This document shows, piece by piece, positions 1-8,443 of a stretch of 12,050 bases of DNA (positions are counted from its first letter, which is position 1; each line of letters opens with the position of its first letter). A program made the position numbers and the translations under genes. This DNA comes from a virus (taxonomy: Duplodnaviria > Heunggongvirae > Uroviricota > Caudoviricetes), in the IMG/VR virus record IMGVR_UViG_2908567220_000010; one strand, 5' to 3'. The notes under the pieces were generated by a model. It was not told the origin of the DNA. It ran no database searches and saw nothing but the letters and a program-made list of their open reading frames with translations.

Positions 1-137
1 CACAACATCCGAGGACAGCATCGTCCGCTGGCCCACAGAAGTCCGGAAAGTCATGGAAGGTCGTTGTTGGGAGGAGGTACAAATTCTCTCATGCAAAAAA
101 TACGTAAAATCGATAATAGCTGGAAATAATTCAATAC

Positions 138-198
138 ATGCACTCTCGAAAGTGCATCAGCCAACCGCAGAACGTTATTGCATACAACGTTTCTGCGG
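138..198 (+). other. Two adjacent inverted repeats (possible RNA stem-loops) in the apparently non-coding left end
   Basis: Seen in sequence: atgcact (138-144) pairs with agtgcat (151-157), 7 bp stem and 6 nt loop; ccgcagaacgtt (165-176) pairs with aacgtttctgcgg (186-198), about 12 bp with one bulge. Neither is followed by a T-run on either strand, so they are not classical intrinsic terminators. Confidence 0.3.
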
Positions 199-395
199 CA
201 TAATCCCAATGATTACTCCCTGACAGGGTTCGTAGGCCACTCAATATCAGGTGCAGTTGATGTATCAACACGGTTCAGCAACACCCGATACTTTTTCCAG
301 GCTTCCAGCAACAAGGTTTCTTCCTCCGTTGCGATTTCCAGCTCAACAACAGTCTGAACGTACCGGGAACAGCCTCCTTCAGAACTTGAAGGATA

Positions 396-3300
396 TCAAT
401 GTTCGCTTCCTGTTAACTGCCGGACAAGTGCAACCAGTTCGCTTACCTGATTTTCCAGAGTGCTGATCCGGGTGTCTGCTGTTGCCAGATTTTCACGTAG
501 CGTTGTGTTTTCCTCTTCCAGCGCGGTAACGCGATCATCTGTTTCACGGGCGACCTGAACAAGTAAACCCGTCACGGCGGCGTAGTCAACATTAAGATAG
601 CGCGTTTCTTCGCGTAGCTCGTTGCCGTCAACGGTCGGGCCTTGCAACTCTTCACCGTAATGGATGAATGAACCAACGGCCTCCGGGATGGCCTCTTCAA
701 CTTCCTGTGCTATAACCCCGGCGCAATGTGCCCCATTCTCCTTGAGCGTGTACGTGTATCCATTAATTTTGCGGATTGCGTCAGTCGCGTTATCGATAAT
801 CTCGATATTTTCTTTCAGTCTGCGGTCTGATGACTGATTCAGTGTGGTGCAGTTAACACTTCCGTTTACAGTAAGGTTTTGCCCGTCTGTTGTTTTTTGC
901 GCATAAAACAGATACGCGGCAGACGTGCCAACCTCAAAAACGTTTTGACGAGTACTGGAACCCCACACCCTGACAGAAAACGGTAGTTCTGCATTACCTG
1001 AGTTCTGTAAAACAAAACGATTACCAGTCCCTGATTGCTTTGTAAGGGTTAAATCAACGGTTGAGTTAACCTCATTCCTGTTGATAGTGAGCGCCTGCGC
1101 TATAGCCCCGTTAACAGCACCTGTTTTGAGTTGAACCGCGCCGTCATTACCATTTAACAGTATCTCAGCTCCGCTAAAGAAATTTTTTAGCGACAGCATC
1201 TTACTTACGCCGGCTGATGAACCCAACGCCCACGCGAGAGAATTACCGGTGCTATCAAACCCACGTACAAAGCAATCCATTTTGCTATAGTCTGACGTGC
1301 TTCCAAGGACATCAATCCGCCCTCCGCCAGATTTTACCGGACTAGATGTGGTTAACGACCTGACAGTTATATCCTGATTCCATCCGGAAACAACAACCTG
1401 ACTCCACGCTGTCCAGTTTCCATTAACAACAAAGCGAACGTATATACGTTTTGTGTCGTTGCTGATCAGCGTTTGCATGTTCGCATAATCCGAAGCAGAA
1501 ACTTTGCGAGTCGACTCTACACGGAGCAAAAAGTTACCGGTTACACCGTCAGGCTTGTTGGTGATATTTGCACCACCTCCAGAGGATGGACAACTATAGT
1601 ATTTAACCGCCCCGGCATCTGACCTGATGGTCAGGTTGTTAAGATCAACCTTCTGGCCGCCAATGTTTTCCGGCTCGATAGCTCCTGCTATCCCGGCACT
1701 GAACGTAGCAGCGGCTGAAAACGCTGTCGTACCTTTGAAAGCCAGTTGACCACCAATCGTTAATCCCTTGTCGAGTTTCGCTTGCGTGATCAATTTGCTG
1801 TTTTGTTTCTGATCAGGACTCTCACCAAAAGCCAGATCCCCATTAGTATCAATTCCAAGATACTTTGGGTTCACGTTGTCTAACTTAAACCCAATGGACA
1901 CATTTTCAGAAGAACCAGAACGCGTTAAAACCAACGGCGTGTGCTGTGCTCCATAGATGCTGAGCGTAGTTGCCGATGAGTCAGTGTCGGTATTTGCAAT
2001 CTCAATCGTTCTGCTTTTAATTTTATACGCTACTGTGAGATCACGGACTTCAACCCTCCCGTCGTGACGAACAACAAGATCCCCTCCTGATGTCCCCCCT
2101 GCTGTCTTTGCCCTGATGCGAACTTCGCCAAGCGAATCAGTGTTAGGACCAGCATAGATTATGCCGCGCTCTGTGTTATCGCCAGTATAAAACCGCACAG
2201 CGGTGACTCCACTGTCTGCCCGCAGGAAGACTGACGGTGTACCTTTTTTGATTGTCAAGTCACCGGTCATTGTATCGCCGGTTTTTTTTACCTGCGCATC
2301 GTTCGTTACGTTGCCAAGTCCAACATCCGATTTCGACGGCTTGTTTGCCGAGCCGTATAGCTCATTGACGCTAAAAGTCCCGTTGTTAAGCCGGGCATCG
2401 GTGCCGGCATAGATCTTAATCTTCGCGGTTGAGTAGTCGATATTGATCGCTGACCACGTATCGCCGCACCGCGAGAATATACCAGAACCGTGGCTATAAA
2501 TGGTCGCCGTGCTTCCGGGCGGCTTATCACCGCGCCAGAAATGACCACCTTTGTCACGCAGAGCTTTTAAGATCTCTACATCGCTCATCTTGCCGTTTGT
2601 TGATATCCCGCTACCGCCAAGACCGAAAGCGCCTGTAAGCATAGCATTAGAAAGACCCAAATCTGCTTTAGTCGGCTTGTTTACCTGGTCGTAAATCCTT
2701 ACAACGTTGCCTTCAATATATCCAGAAGGCGCGGCGGTTTGCTTAACAAATCCGTCTGGAATGTATAATTCTGTGTTTAGTGTTGTCTGCGCCAGCACCG
2801 CAACCTTTGCGTCGTTAATAAACGCACCCTGGAATGCCCAAACCTCAATAAAGCCGTCACCTTTAACCAGGCCGTAACGCATCTGGTTGTTATCGGTCAG
2901 CCCGGTTGACCCTAAGCGGCGTATACTCAGATGACGAGAAACATTATCCGCACTAAGCAAAGAAGGCAGACCGCGCGCCGAGATCTCGATAAAGTCAATG
3001 TTTCCGTAAGGGGAGCCGTAGTTACCAGCGTTAGTAACCATTAGCGTTACATGACTTCTGCTGGTTCCAGGATCGGAAAGTTTCGCGATCTTGATGTAAA
3101 GAGACTCACTAGCAGTAACAACAGGCCAATCGTATTGCGTCATCGGGCTGACGAGTCCCCCGACCTTGTCGAGATATTCTTTCGCCTTGTTCTCTGACGC
3201 TTTAGCGTTGGTTTCGCTGACCTTTGCTGCTGACTCACTATTTTTCGCGTTGGTTTCTGATTTTTTGGCTGCTGTCGCGGAATTTGCCGATGCAGTTTGT

Positions 3301-4172
3301 GAGTCTGCTGCCGCCTGTGCGCTGTTATCCGCATTCGTCTCAGACGTTTTTGCGGCCTTCGCGGAATTTCCTGCCGCCGTTGCCGAGGAAGCTGCACTGC
3401 CGGCGCTCGAGGCTGCGCTCGTTTCTGATGATTTTGCCGCCACTTTTGAAGCCGACGCATCCCGGGCTGAGGTGGCAGCTTCTGACGCTTTCGTGGTCGC
3501 GGTGGATGCAGAAGTGGCCGCAGATTTTTGTGATGCTGCGGCATTCGTTTCTGACGTTTTCGCTGCACCGGCACTGGTGGCTGCCGCGCTTTTTGAAGAC
3601 TCTGCAGCGGCAGCACTTTTTGATGCTTCAGTGGCCTTTGCTGATGCCGTTCCTGCGCTGGAAGACGCTGACTGAGCCGACGAAGCGGCCTGTCCGGCTG
3701 ACGTGCTGGCTGCACGTGCTGAGCCTGCAGCATCAGTCGCATGGGTTGCCGCCTCACGGGCTGATGTGCTGGCATCGCTGGCTGACTTCTTTGCGGCAGC
3801 CGTGTTCTGTGCCACTGCGGACGCGTTATGCGCCACCTCTTCCACCATCAGTTCAAAGCGGCGCAGTGCCTCCGGACGGACATCATCCTCCGTCATGGCA
3901 CCGAGAAAATCATTCAGCGTACCCGGTTGTGAGTCTTCATACACGGTGATGGTCCCGGCATGCGATGGCGGGAAGCCTTCCACCAACAGAATAACGCTGT
4001 ACTGACCGTACTCAACGTCCATGCTGTAACGCCCGGCTTCATCCGGATTTTCTGAGGCCACCGTGTTCGCCACCACCGTGGTGCTGTTACGTTTTGCTTT
4101 CAGCTGGATTGTGCAGTTCTGTACCGGTTTACCTGCACCGTCTTTCAGTACACCTGAAATCTTTACTGCCAT
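396..4172 (-). CDS. stf: Side tail fibre protein, chimeric: lambda Stf-like N-terminus, Ala/Ser/Thr-rich fibrous repeats, large distal domain, C-terminal intramolecular-chaperone (peptidase S74-like) domain
   Basis: Single 1260-codon ORF in the track. The track starts it at a GTG (4176-4178), but the ATG two codons in (4170-4172) gives MAVKISGVLKDG..., which matches the N-terminus of lambda Stf (orf-401) and Rac StfR as I recall them, so I place the start at 4172 (1258 aa). A GGGG motif lies 5 nt upstream. Residues about 118-333 are low-complexity A/S/T-rich with recurring KxSETNA units. GDTMTG (aa 634-639, nt 2262-2279) and KxDLGLxN motifs are typical of phage tail fibres. The C-terminal 144 aa start SDRRLKENIEIID...GVIAQEVEEAIPEAV, characteristic of auto-cleaving chaperone domains. 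Stop TGA at 396-398. Confidence 0.9.
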   Translation of the reverse strand: MAVKISGVLKDGAGKPVQNCTIQLKAKRNSTTVVANTVASENPDEAGRYSMDVEYGQYSVILLVEGFPPSHAGTITVYEDSQPGTLNDFLGAMTEDDVRPEALRRFELMVEEVAHNASAVAQNTAAAKKSASDASTSAREAATHATDAAGSARAASTSAGQAASSAQSASSSAGTASAKATEASKSAAAAESSKSAAATSAGAAKTSETNAAASQKSAATSASTATTKASEAATSARDASASKVAAKSSETSAASSAGSAASSATAAGNSAKAAKTSETNADNSAQAAADSQTASANSATAAKKSETNAKNSESAAKVSETNAKASENKAKEYLDKVGGLVSPMTQYDWPVVTASESLYIKIAKLSDPGTSRSHVTLMVTNAGNYGSPYGNIDFIEISARGLPSLLSADNVSRHLSIRRLGSTGLTDNNQMRYGLVKGDGFIEVWAFQGAFINDAKVAVLAQTTLNTELYIPDGFVKQTAAPSGYIEGNVVRIYDQVNKPTKADLGLSNAMLTGAFGLGGSGISTNGKMSDVEILKALRDKGGHFWRGDKPPGSTATIYSHGSGIFSRCGDTWSAINIDYSTAKIKIYAGTDARLNNGTFSVNELYGSANKPSKSDVGLGNVTNDAQVKKTGDTMTGDLTIKKGTPSVFLRADSGVTAVRFYTGDNTERGIIYAGPNTDSLGEVRIRAKTAGGTSGGDLVVRHDGRVEVRDLTVAYKIKSRTIEIANTDTDSSATTLSIYGAQHTPLVLTRSGSSENVSIGFKLDNVNPKYLGIDTNGDLAFGESPDQKQNSKLITQAKLDKGLTIGGQLAFKGTTAFSAAATFSAGIAGAIEPENIGGQKVDLNNLTIRSDAGAVKYYSCPSSGGGANITNKPDGVTGNFLLRVESTRKVSASDYANMQTLISNDTKRIYVRFVVNGNWTAWSQVVVSGWNQDITVRSLTTSSPVKSGGGRIDVLGSTSDYSKMDCFVRGFDSTGNSLAWALGSSAGVSKMLSLKNFFSGAEILLNGNDGAVQLKTGAVNGAIAQALTINRNEVNSTVDLTLTKQSGTGNRFVLQNSGNAELPFSVRVWGSSTRQNVFEVGTSAAYLFYAQKTTDGQNLTVNGSVNCTTLNQSSDRRLKENIEIIDNATDAIRKINGYTYTLKENGAHCAGVIAQEVEEAIPEAVGSFIHYGEELQGPTVDGNELREETRYLNVDYAAVTGLLVQVARETDDRVTALEEENTTLRENLATADTRISTLENQVSELVALVRQLTGSEH
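399..830 (-). other. Predicted C-terminal intramolecular chaperone / autoproteolytic domain of the side tail fibre (peptidase S74-like)
   Basis: Last 144 residues of stf (aa 1117-1260). The conserved Ser-Asp followed by RRLKENI, then a GxxAQEVEE acidic helix and a coiled-coil-like tail (ALEEENTTLRENLATADTRISTLENQVSELVALV), fits the family found at the C-terminus of endosialidase tailspikes and the T5 L-shaped tail fibre, where cleavage occurs at the conserved Ser. Domain assignment is from motif recognition only. Confidence 0.65.
3180..3827 (-). repeat. In-frame degenerate repeat tract inside stf encoding Ala/Ser/Thr-rich units
   Basis: Protein residues about 118-333 are almost only A/S/T/K/E/N with recurring AAKTSETNA, KKSETNAKNSE, VSETNAKASE units. 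At the DNA level there are imperfect copies such as gcattcgtctcagacgtttttgc (about 3333-3355) and gcattcgtttctgacgttttcgc (about 3542-3564). The repetitive codon structure also explains the long antisense and out-of-frame ORFs reported on the + strand here. Confidence 0.7.
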
Positions 4173-4184
4173 ATTCACCCCACA

Positions 4185-4210
4185 AAAAAGCCCGCCTGAA
4201 CCGGCGGGCT
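4185..4210 (-). terminator. Rho-independent terminator downstream of lom (minus-strand orientation)
   Basis: On the minus strand: AGCCCGCC-GTTCA-GGCGGGCT (perfect 8 bp GC-rich stem, 5 nt loop) followed directly by TTTTT then G. It lies 27 nt after the lom stop and just before the stf start. On the + strand the hairpin has no T-run, so it is unidirectional. Confidence 0.7.
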
Positions 4211-4236
4211 GTCATAACACTGTGTTACCTGGCTAA

Positions 4237-4836
4237 TCAGAACTTATAACCAACACCCACGATGAAACCGTCAGTGCGCCAGTCGCCACTGCCGGAGCCT
4301 TCATAAGCAATATCAATGGCCACGGATTCGGTCGGGTTAAACTGCACGCCAGCCCCCCACGCCAGAGACGTGTTGCTGTGGCGACCATCATCACTTCCGG
4401 TCAGCACTTCGTGCGTTTTCCCCTTGTTGTCAGTTACGCGGAGATAATCCCCGGAGAAAGTAGAAATACGGCTGTAAGCCACACCCGCCATCGCATACGC
4501 GCTGAACCATTCATTCACGCGCACAGACGGCCCCGCCATCACGCTGAACCAGCGGTTACGCACGGAATCCTCATGCCAGCGGGTATCGCTGTAATGCGTT
4601 TTTTGCTCATCTTCAGCGTTGGCATAACTGAATGACGTAATCAGCCCCAGCGTGTCCGTAAACTCATAACGGTATTTCACGTTAATCCCGTTCAGATTAT
4701 CGCTGCCGGGAGCGTTCGTACGGGCATGAAGATACCCCGCGCTCAGTGTGGACTGATGTTCAGACGCCCATGCAGGCGCACCGGATACGGCCAGACAGAT
4801 GGCTGCGGACAAAATGGCTGCACAAACTTTACGCAT
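4237..4836 (-). CDS. lom: Lom, outer-membrane beta-barrel protein of the Ail/Lom/PagC family (lysogenic-conversion moron)
   Basis: 199-aa ORF. N-terminal signal peptide MRKVCAAILSAAICLAVSGAPAWA with an AxA cleavage motif, C-terminal ...GVGYKF ending in Phe as in outer-membrane beta-barrels, and alternating hydrophobic/aromatic strands. It sits between J and stf exactly as lom does in lambda. SD GAGAGG lies 5 nt upstream of the ATG (plus-strand 4842-4847). Confidence 0.93.
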   Translation of the reverse strand: MRKVCAAILSAAICLAVSGAPAWASEHQSTLSAGYLHARTNAPGSDNLNGINVKYRYEFTDTLGLITSFSYANAEDEQKTHYSDTRWHEDSVRNRWFSVMAGPSVRVNEWFSAYAMAGVAYSRISTFSGDYLRVTDNKGKTHEVLTGSDDGRHSNTSLAWGAGVQFNPTESVAIDIAYEGSGSGDWRTDGFIVGVGYKF

Positions 4837-4860
4837 AATTACCTCTCGCTTTTCTGCAAT

Positions 4861-4884
4861 AAAAAAGGCGCCAGAAATGGCGCC
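4861..4884 (-). terminator. Rho-independent terminator between J and lom (minus-strand orientation)
   Basis: On the minus strand: GGCGCCA-TTTC-TGGCGCC (7 bp stem, 4 nt loop) followed by TTTTTT, about 20 nt after the J stop codon. Confidence 0.65.
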
Positions 4885-4904
4885 CGCATATGGGTTATGA
4901 AAAT

Positions 4905-7900
4905 TCAGCTAATCGTGATACCTGCTGTGGATTTCTTCATCACCACAACCAGCAAATCACTGATACTGGCTGTGGGATACCAGTCATTTACCAGCCACGC
5001 TGATACCGAAAACTCCAGCGTCATGTGACCGCGACCGGCAGGCATATCAATAACACCTGTATAAACCAGCGTATTATCCAGCGCGGTACGGTTATAAATT
5101 TCAGCACCGTTTTTCTTCACTATCAGGCGGCATGACGAATAAATATCGTTATTCTCCCGCTCATGTTTAGCGCCACGAAACGCCACCGCGGGAATAACAA
5201 TCTGCCGGTCAAACGGCTGATCGTCATAAACCCTGACGGTAATGGTCCCTGATGGCCACCGCTCCGGTGCACGGGAGTCCCGGGGGAAAGCTTTGCCCAC
5301 TGTTTTAACGAGATCGCCTTCAATCTGGTTCGCAGACAGTTTTCCCAGAACCCGACAGTTTTCATTAATCGTGACGTTGTTGAGCGTCCCGGCGTTCGCA
5401 TTCACGTTACCGCTGATATCCGCATTTTTAGCAGTCAGCTTTCCGTCCGGTGTCAGGGAAAATGCCGGTGGATTTCCACCGCTGGTAATGGTGGGGGCCG
5501 TCAGGCGTTTCAGGAACACTTCGTTCATGAATATCTGATCGCCCTGCCCAACAAACATCGGCTTTGTGTTGCCATTCGCAGGATTAATCATCGCAATCCT
5601 GTCTGCCGCCAGCAGCACCTGACTCTGCATGCCGTCAGGGGTGTTCTCAATACCGGCACCAATACCCGCGATATAAAGGCGTCCGTCCTGCATCTGCTGC
5701 AGCTTCACAGCCCACATGCTGTTCAGGTTATTATTTGTATCAACCTGAACCTTCTGTATCTGCTGAATTGCCGCACTCTGGTCTTCCAGTTTCTTATTGA
5801 CGGTCTGTGTGATTTCATTGCTGACATCCGTAATGGATGTCCTGATTTCAGCCAGGTCAGGCGCAAGCTGACCGTTATCAATCTGCGTCCACAGCTCCTG
5901 AGCCAGATGGGTTTTCCCTATCTCGCCTTTGAAAAAATCCAGATAGCCGGATGCGTCATCACTCGGCTGACCAACAGCCTCCACGAATGCCGATTTGCCA
6001 ACGGTGTTCACACTGCGAACGTAAAAATAATAATTATGGCCCGGCCTGATATTGATACTGGCGGCTATCCAGTACAACGCCGTACCAAGATAGCGTGCTG
6101 TGGTTTCAACCTGCCTGATATCCGCAATCCGCTTTTCCGAGAACCAGAACTCAAACTGTACCGTCGGATCATAAACCGCAAGATGCGGCGTGGCGGTTAT
6201 CTGAAAATAGCCCGGCGTCAGCTCAATCCGAGACGGCGCTGCCGGTGCGGCAATCCGGAACGATACCGATGCCGGATCGCCCTGCTGTCCCCACGCATTT
6301 ACCGCCCGGACTGTCAGCCTGTAATTCCCCAGCGCCAGTTGCGTGAAGCGGTATGTGGTTTCCGTCGTCCGGGCCGTGCTGACCAGCCGCTCACTGCCGT
6401 CATCCGCTGCCACGGTCAGGCGAAGCAGGAAGCTCACGCCCTTCACCACCTTCGGCGTGTCCCAGCGGGCCAGCACCTGGTATTCCCCGCTGTCTGCGGT
6501 GACTTCTGCGGTCAGGTGCTGCACTGCTGGCGGCGTGACACCATTCACCGTGCCGCTCTGGTCGCCGTCAAAGTGCGCCCCGTTATCCACGATGGCCTCT
6601 TTTTCCGGTACATGCTGCACGGCGGTGATGGCATACGTGCCGTCATCGTTCTCACGGATACTCACGCAGCGGAACAGGCGCTGGCGCAGCGTCGGCAGCT
6701 TCAGCCCCCACACGCTGTACTCGGCAACGCCGTCAGGAACCCGGCTCACTTTCACCTTCACGCCGTCGGTGACGGACTGGACCTCCACGCTGACCGGATT
6801 GCCACTTCCGTCAACCAGGCTTATCAGCGTGGTGCCGGAGGATGGCAGCGTGATTTCACGGTCGAGCGTCAGCGTCCGGGTCTGGCTGTTCACCGCCAGC
6901 ACGCGCCCGCCGGTGCTGATACCGGCATAGTCATCATCGCAGATTTCAATGACATCGCCCGGTACATGGCGAAGCCCTTCTGCGCCGACGCTGAAATCCA
7001 CGGTCTGCGTCTCCAGCAGTTCTGTTTTAATCAGCCACAGCCCGGCGCGGTGCGCCTGCCCCCGACTGGTACAGCCAAACGCATCCATCTTCGTGACGTT
7101 ACGACCGTAACGGGCAATGGCCTGCGAGTCCTCCACAAGCTCTGTTGCCGTCTCCCAGCCGTTATCCGGGTCAATCCAGTTCACTTCAACGGCATTATGG
7201 CGGTCTTTCAGGGCGCTGAAGCTGTAGCGGAATGGTGCGCCATCATCCGGCATCACCACATTACTGCGGTTATAGGTCCACACCTTATCTGATGGTCGGT
7301 CCTGCACGAACGTCAGCGTCTGCCCGTTCCATACCGGCATACAGCGCATCGCCGAGCAGAAATCACTGAGCACATCCCACGCCTTGCGCTGTGTGGTCAG
7401 GTACGCATTACAGGTGATGCGCGGCTCCGTGCCGCCAAAGCCGTCCGGCACCGACTGGTCGCAGTACTGGCCGATGACATACAGCGCCCATTTATCCACA
7501 TCCGCCGCACCAAGACGTTTCCCCATGCCGTAGCGCGGATGGGTCAGCATATCCCACAGACACCAGGCCATGTTGTTGCTGTATGCCGGTTTAAACGTTC
7601 CGTCCCAGATACCGCTGTATTGCCGCGTCTGCGGGTTATAGTTCGACGGCACCTGCAGAATACGCCCGCGCAGATGATAATTACGGCTCACCTGCTGGCT
7701 GCCGAACTGCTCCGAGTCCACCTGCACGCCGACCAGTGCCGTGTTCGGGTAGCACTGTTTCACATCGATAATTTCGGTGTATGACGACCAGAGCGTTTTG
7801 TTCTGCAGCTGGTCTGTGGTGCTGTCCGGCGTCATCCTGCGCATCCGGATACTGAACGGGCGCGGCGGCAGGTTATCCACCACCACCGAGGCCAGATACT

Positions 7901-8384
7901 GTGAAGTGGTTTTACCCTTAATGGTGATGTCTTTTTCCGTCACCCAGCCACCATTACGCTGTATCTGAACCAGCAGGCGAACTTCCGACGGATTCCTGTC
8001 CCCCTTTGAGGTGGTTTCCACCAGTGCCTGCACGCCGAAAGTAAAACGCAGACGGTCAATGTTTGCCGACGTGATGGTCCGGGTGATCGGCGTGTCATAT
8101 TTCACTTCTGTACCGAGCACCGTCTCGGAGCCGGAGGATTCAAACCCCTCCGGCGGTGTCTGCTCCTGCTCACCGGCCCGGAACACCACCGTGACGCCGG
8201 AGATATTGGTATTCCCCTCACTGTCCAGCACTGGCGTACTGTTCAGCAGCACGCTTTTTAATCCATCCACCGGACCTTCAACCGGCCCTTCGCTGATGGC
8301 ATCGATCACACTCAGCAACTGCGTGGACTTCAGGTTGTCCTTCGCTTCGCGCGGAGTATGCCCCTTACTGCTGCCTTTACCCAT
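4905..8384 (-). CDS. J: Tail tip / central tail fibre host-specificity protein J
   Basis: 1159-aa ORF beginning [34 protein letters not shown]..., which I recognise as the N-terminus of lambda gpJ. Fibronectin-III-like central region (e.g. [30 protein letters not shown]). GGAG lies 8 nt upstream of the ATG. Lambda J is 1132 aa, so this protein is 27 residues longer. Confidence 0.95.
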   Translation of the reverse strand: MGKGSSKGHTPREAKDNLKSTQLLSVIDAISEGPVEGPVDGLKSVLLNSTPVLDSEGNTNISGVTVVFRAGEQEQTPPEGFESSGSETVLGTEVKYDTPITRTITSANIDRLRFTFGVQALVETTSKGDRNPSEVRLLVQIQRNGGWVTEKDITIKGKTTSQYLASVVVDNLPPRPFSIRMRRMTPDSTTDQLQNKTLWSSYTEIIDVKQCYPNTALVGVQVDSEQFGSQQVSRNYHLRGRILQVPSNYNPQTRQYSGIWDGTFKPAYSNNMAWCLWDMLTHPRYGMGKRLGAADVDKWALYVIGQYCDQSVPDGFGGTEPRITCNAYLTTQRKAWDVLSDFCSAMRCMPVWNGQTLTFVQDRPSDKVWTYNRSNVVMPDDGAPFRYSFSALKDRHNAVEVNWIDPDNGWETATELVEDSQAIARYGRNVTKMDAFGCTSRGQAHRAGLWLIKTELLETQTVDFSVGAEGLRHVPGDVIEICDDDYAGISTGGRVLAVNSQTRTLTLDREITLPSSGTTLISLVDGSGNPVSVEVQSVTDGVKVKVSRVPDGVAEYSVWGLKLPTLRQRLFRCVSIRENDDGTYAITAVQHVPEKEAIVDNGAHFDGDQSGTVNGVTPPAVQHLTAEVTADSGEYQVLARWDTPKVVKGVSFLLRLTVAADDGSERLVSTARTTETTYRFTQLALGNYRLTVRAVNAWGQQGDPASVSFRIAAPAAPSRIELTPGYFQITATPHLAVYDPTVQFEFWFSEKRIADIRQVETTARYLGTALYWIAASINIRPGHNYYFYVRSVNTVGKSAFVEAVGQPSDDASGYLDFFKGEIGKTHLAQELWTQIDNGQLAPDLAEIRTSITDVSNEITQTVNKKLEDQSAAIQQIQKVQVDTNNNLNSMWAVKLQQMQDGRLYIAGIGAGIENTPDGMQSQVLLAADRIAMINPANGNTKPMFVGQGDQIFMNEVFLKRLTAPTITSGGNPPAFSLTPDGKLTAKNADISGNVNANAGTLNNVTINENCRVLGKLSANQIEGDLVKTVGKAFPRDSRAPERWPSGTITVRVYDDQPFDRQIVIPAVAFRGAKHERENNDIYSSCRLIVKKNGAEIYNRTALDNTLVYTGVIDMPAGRGHMTLEFSVSAWLVNDWYPTASISDLLVVVMKKSTAGITIS

Positions 8385-8406
8385 TCCTCACGCTCCATAA
8401 ACGACA

Positions 8407-8426
8407 AAACCGCCCGGAGGCGGTTT
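8407..8426 (-). other. Stem-loop in the I-J intergenic spacer (weak terminator-like hairpin)
   Basis: On the minus strand: AAACCGCC-TCCG-GGCGGTTT followed by TGTCGTTTAT. 8 bp stem, but the U-tract is interrupted and partly inside the stem, so it is at best a weak or attenuating structure. Confidence 0.3.
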
Positions 8427-8443
8427 CACATAAACGTTTTTCA

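Noticed and set aside
53-223. 56-codon + strand ORF (MEGRCWEEVQILSCKKYVKS...) at the left end
   Set aside because: Only a weak GGAAAG 2 nt upstream of the ATG, an unrecognisable Cys-rich product, and it spans the hairpin region. Not supportable as a gene from sequence alone, though the region itself is kept as a finding.
251-466. 71-aa + strand ORF spanning the stf 3' end
   Set aside because: It overlaps the conserved chaperone-domain coding region of stf on the opposite strand, has no SD, and its product is unrecognisable. Likely spurious.
3166-4005. Three + strand ORFs (169, 241 and 100 aa) overlapping the stf repeat tract
   Set aside because: They are artefacts of the repetitive GCx-rich codon structure of the A/S/T-rich tract in stf. 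The translations are low-complexity (poly-Ala/Phe/Leu or Arg/Pro-rich) and sit antisense to a well-supported gene.
4176-4178. GTG start for stf as given by the ORF track (MNMAVK...)
   Set aside because: The in-frame ATG two codons downstream (4170-4172) reproduces the lambda Stf N-terminus MAVKISG and has better spacing from the GGGG motif. The GTG start is probably a track artefact.
5907-7292. 461-aa ORF on the + strand, antisense to J
   Set aside because: It lies entirely inside the strongly supported J gene on the opposite strand. The translation is Arg/Pro/Cys/His-rich low-complexity sequence typical of antisense read-through of a GC-rich gene, with no SD or recognisable motif.
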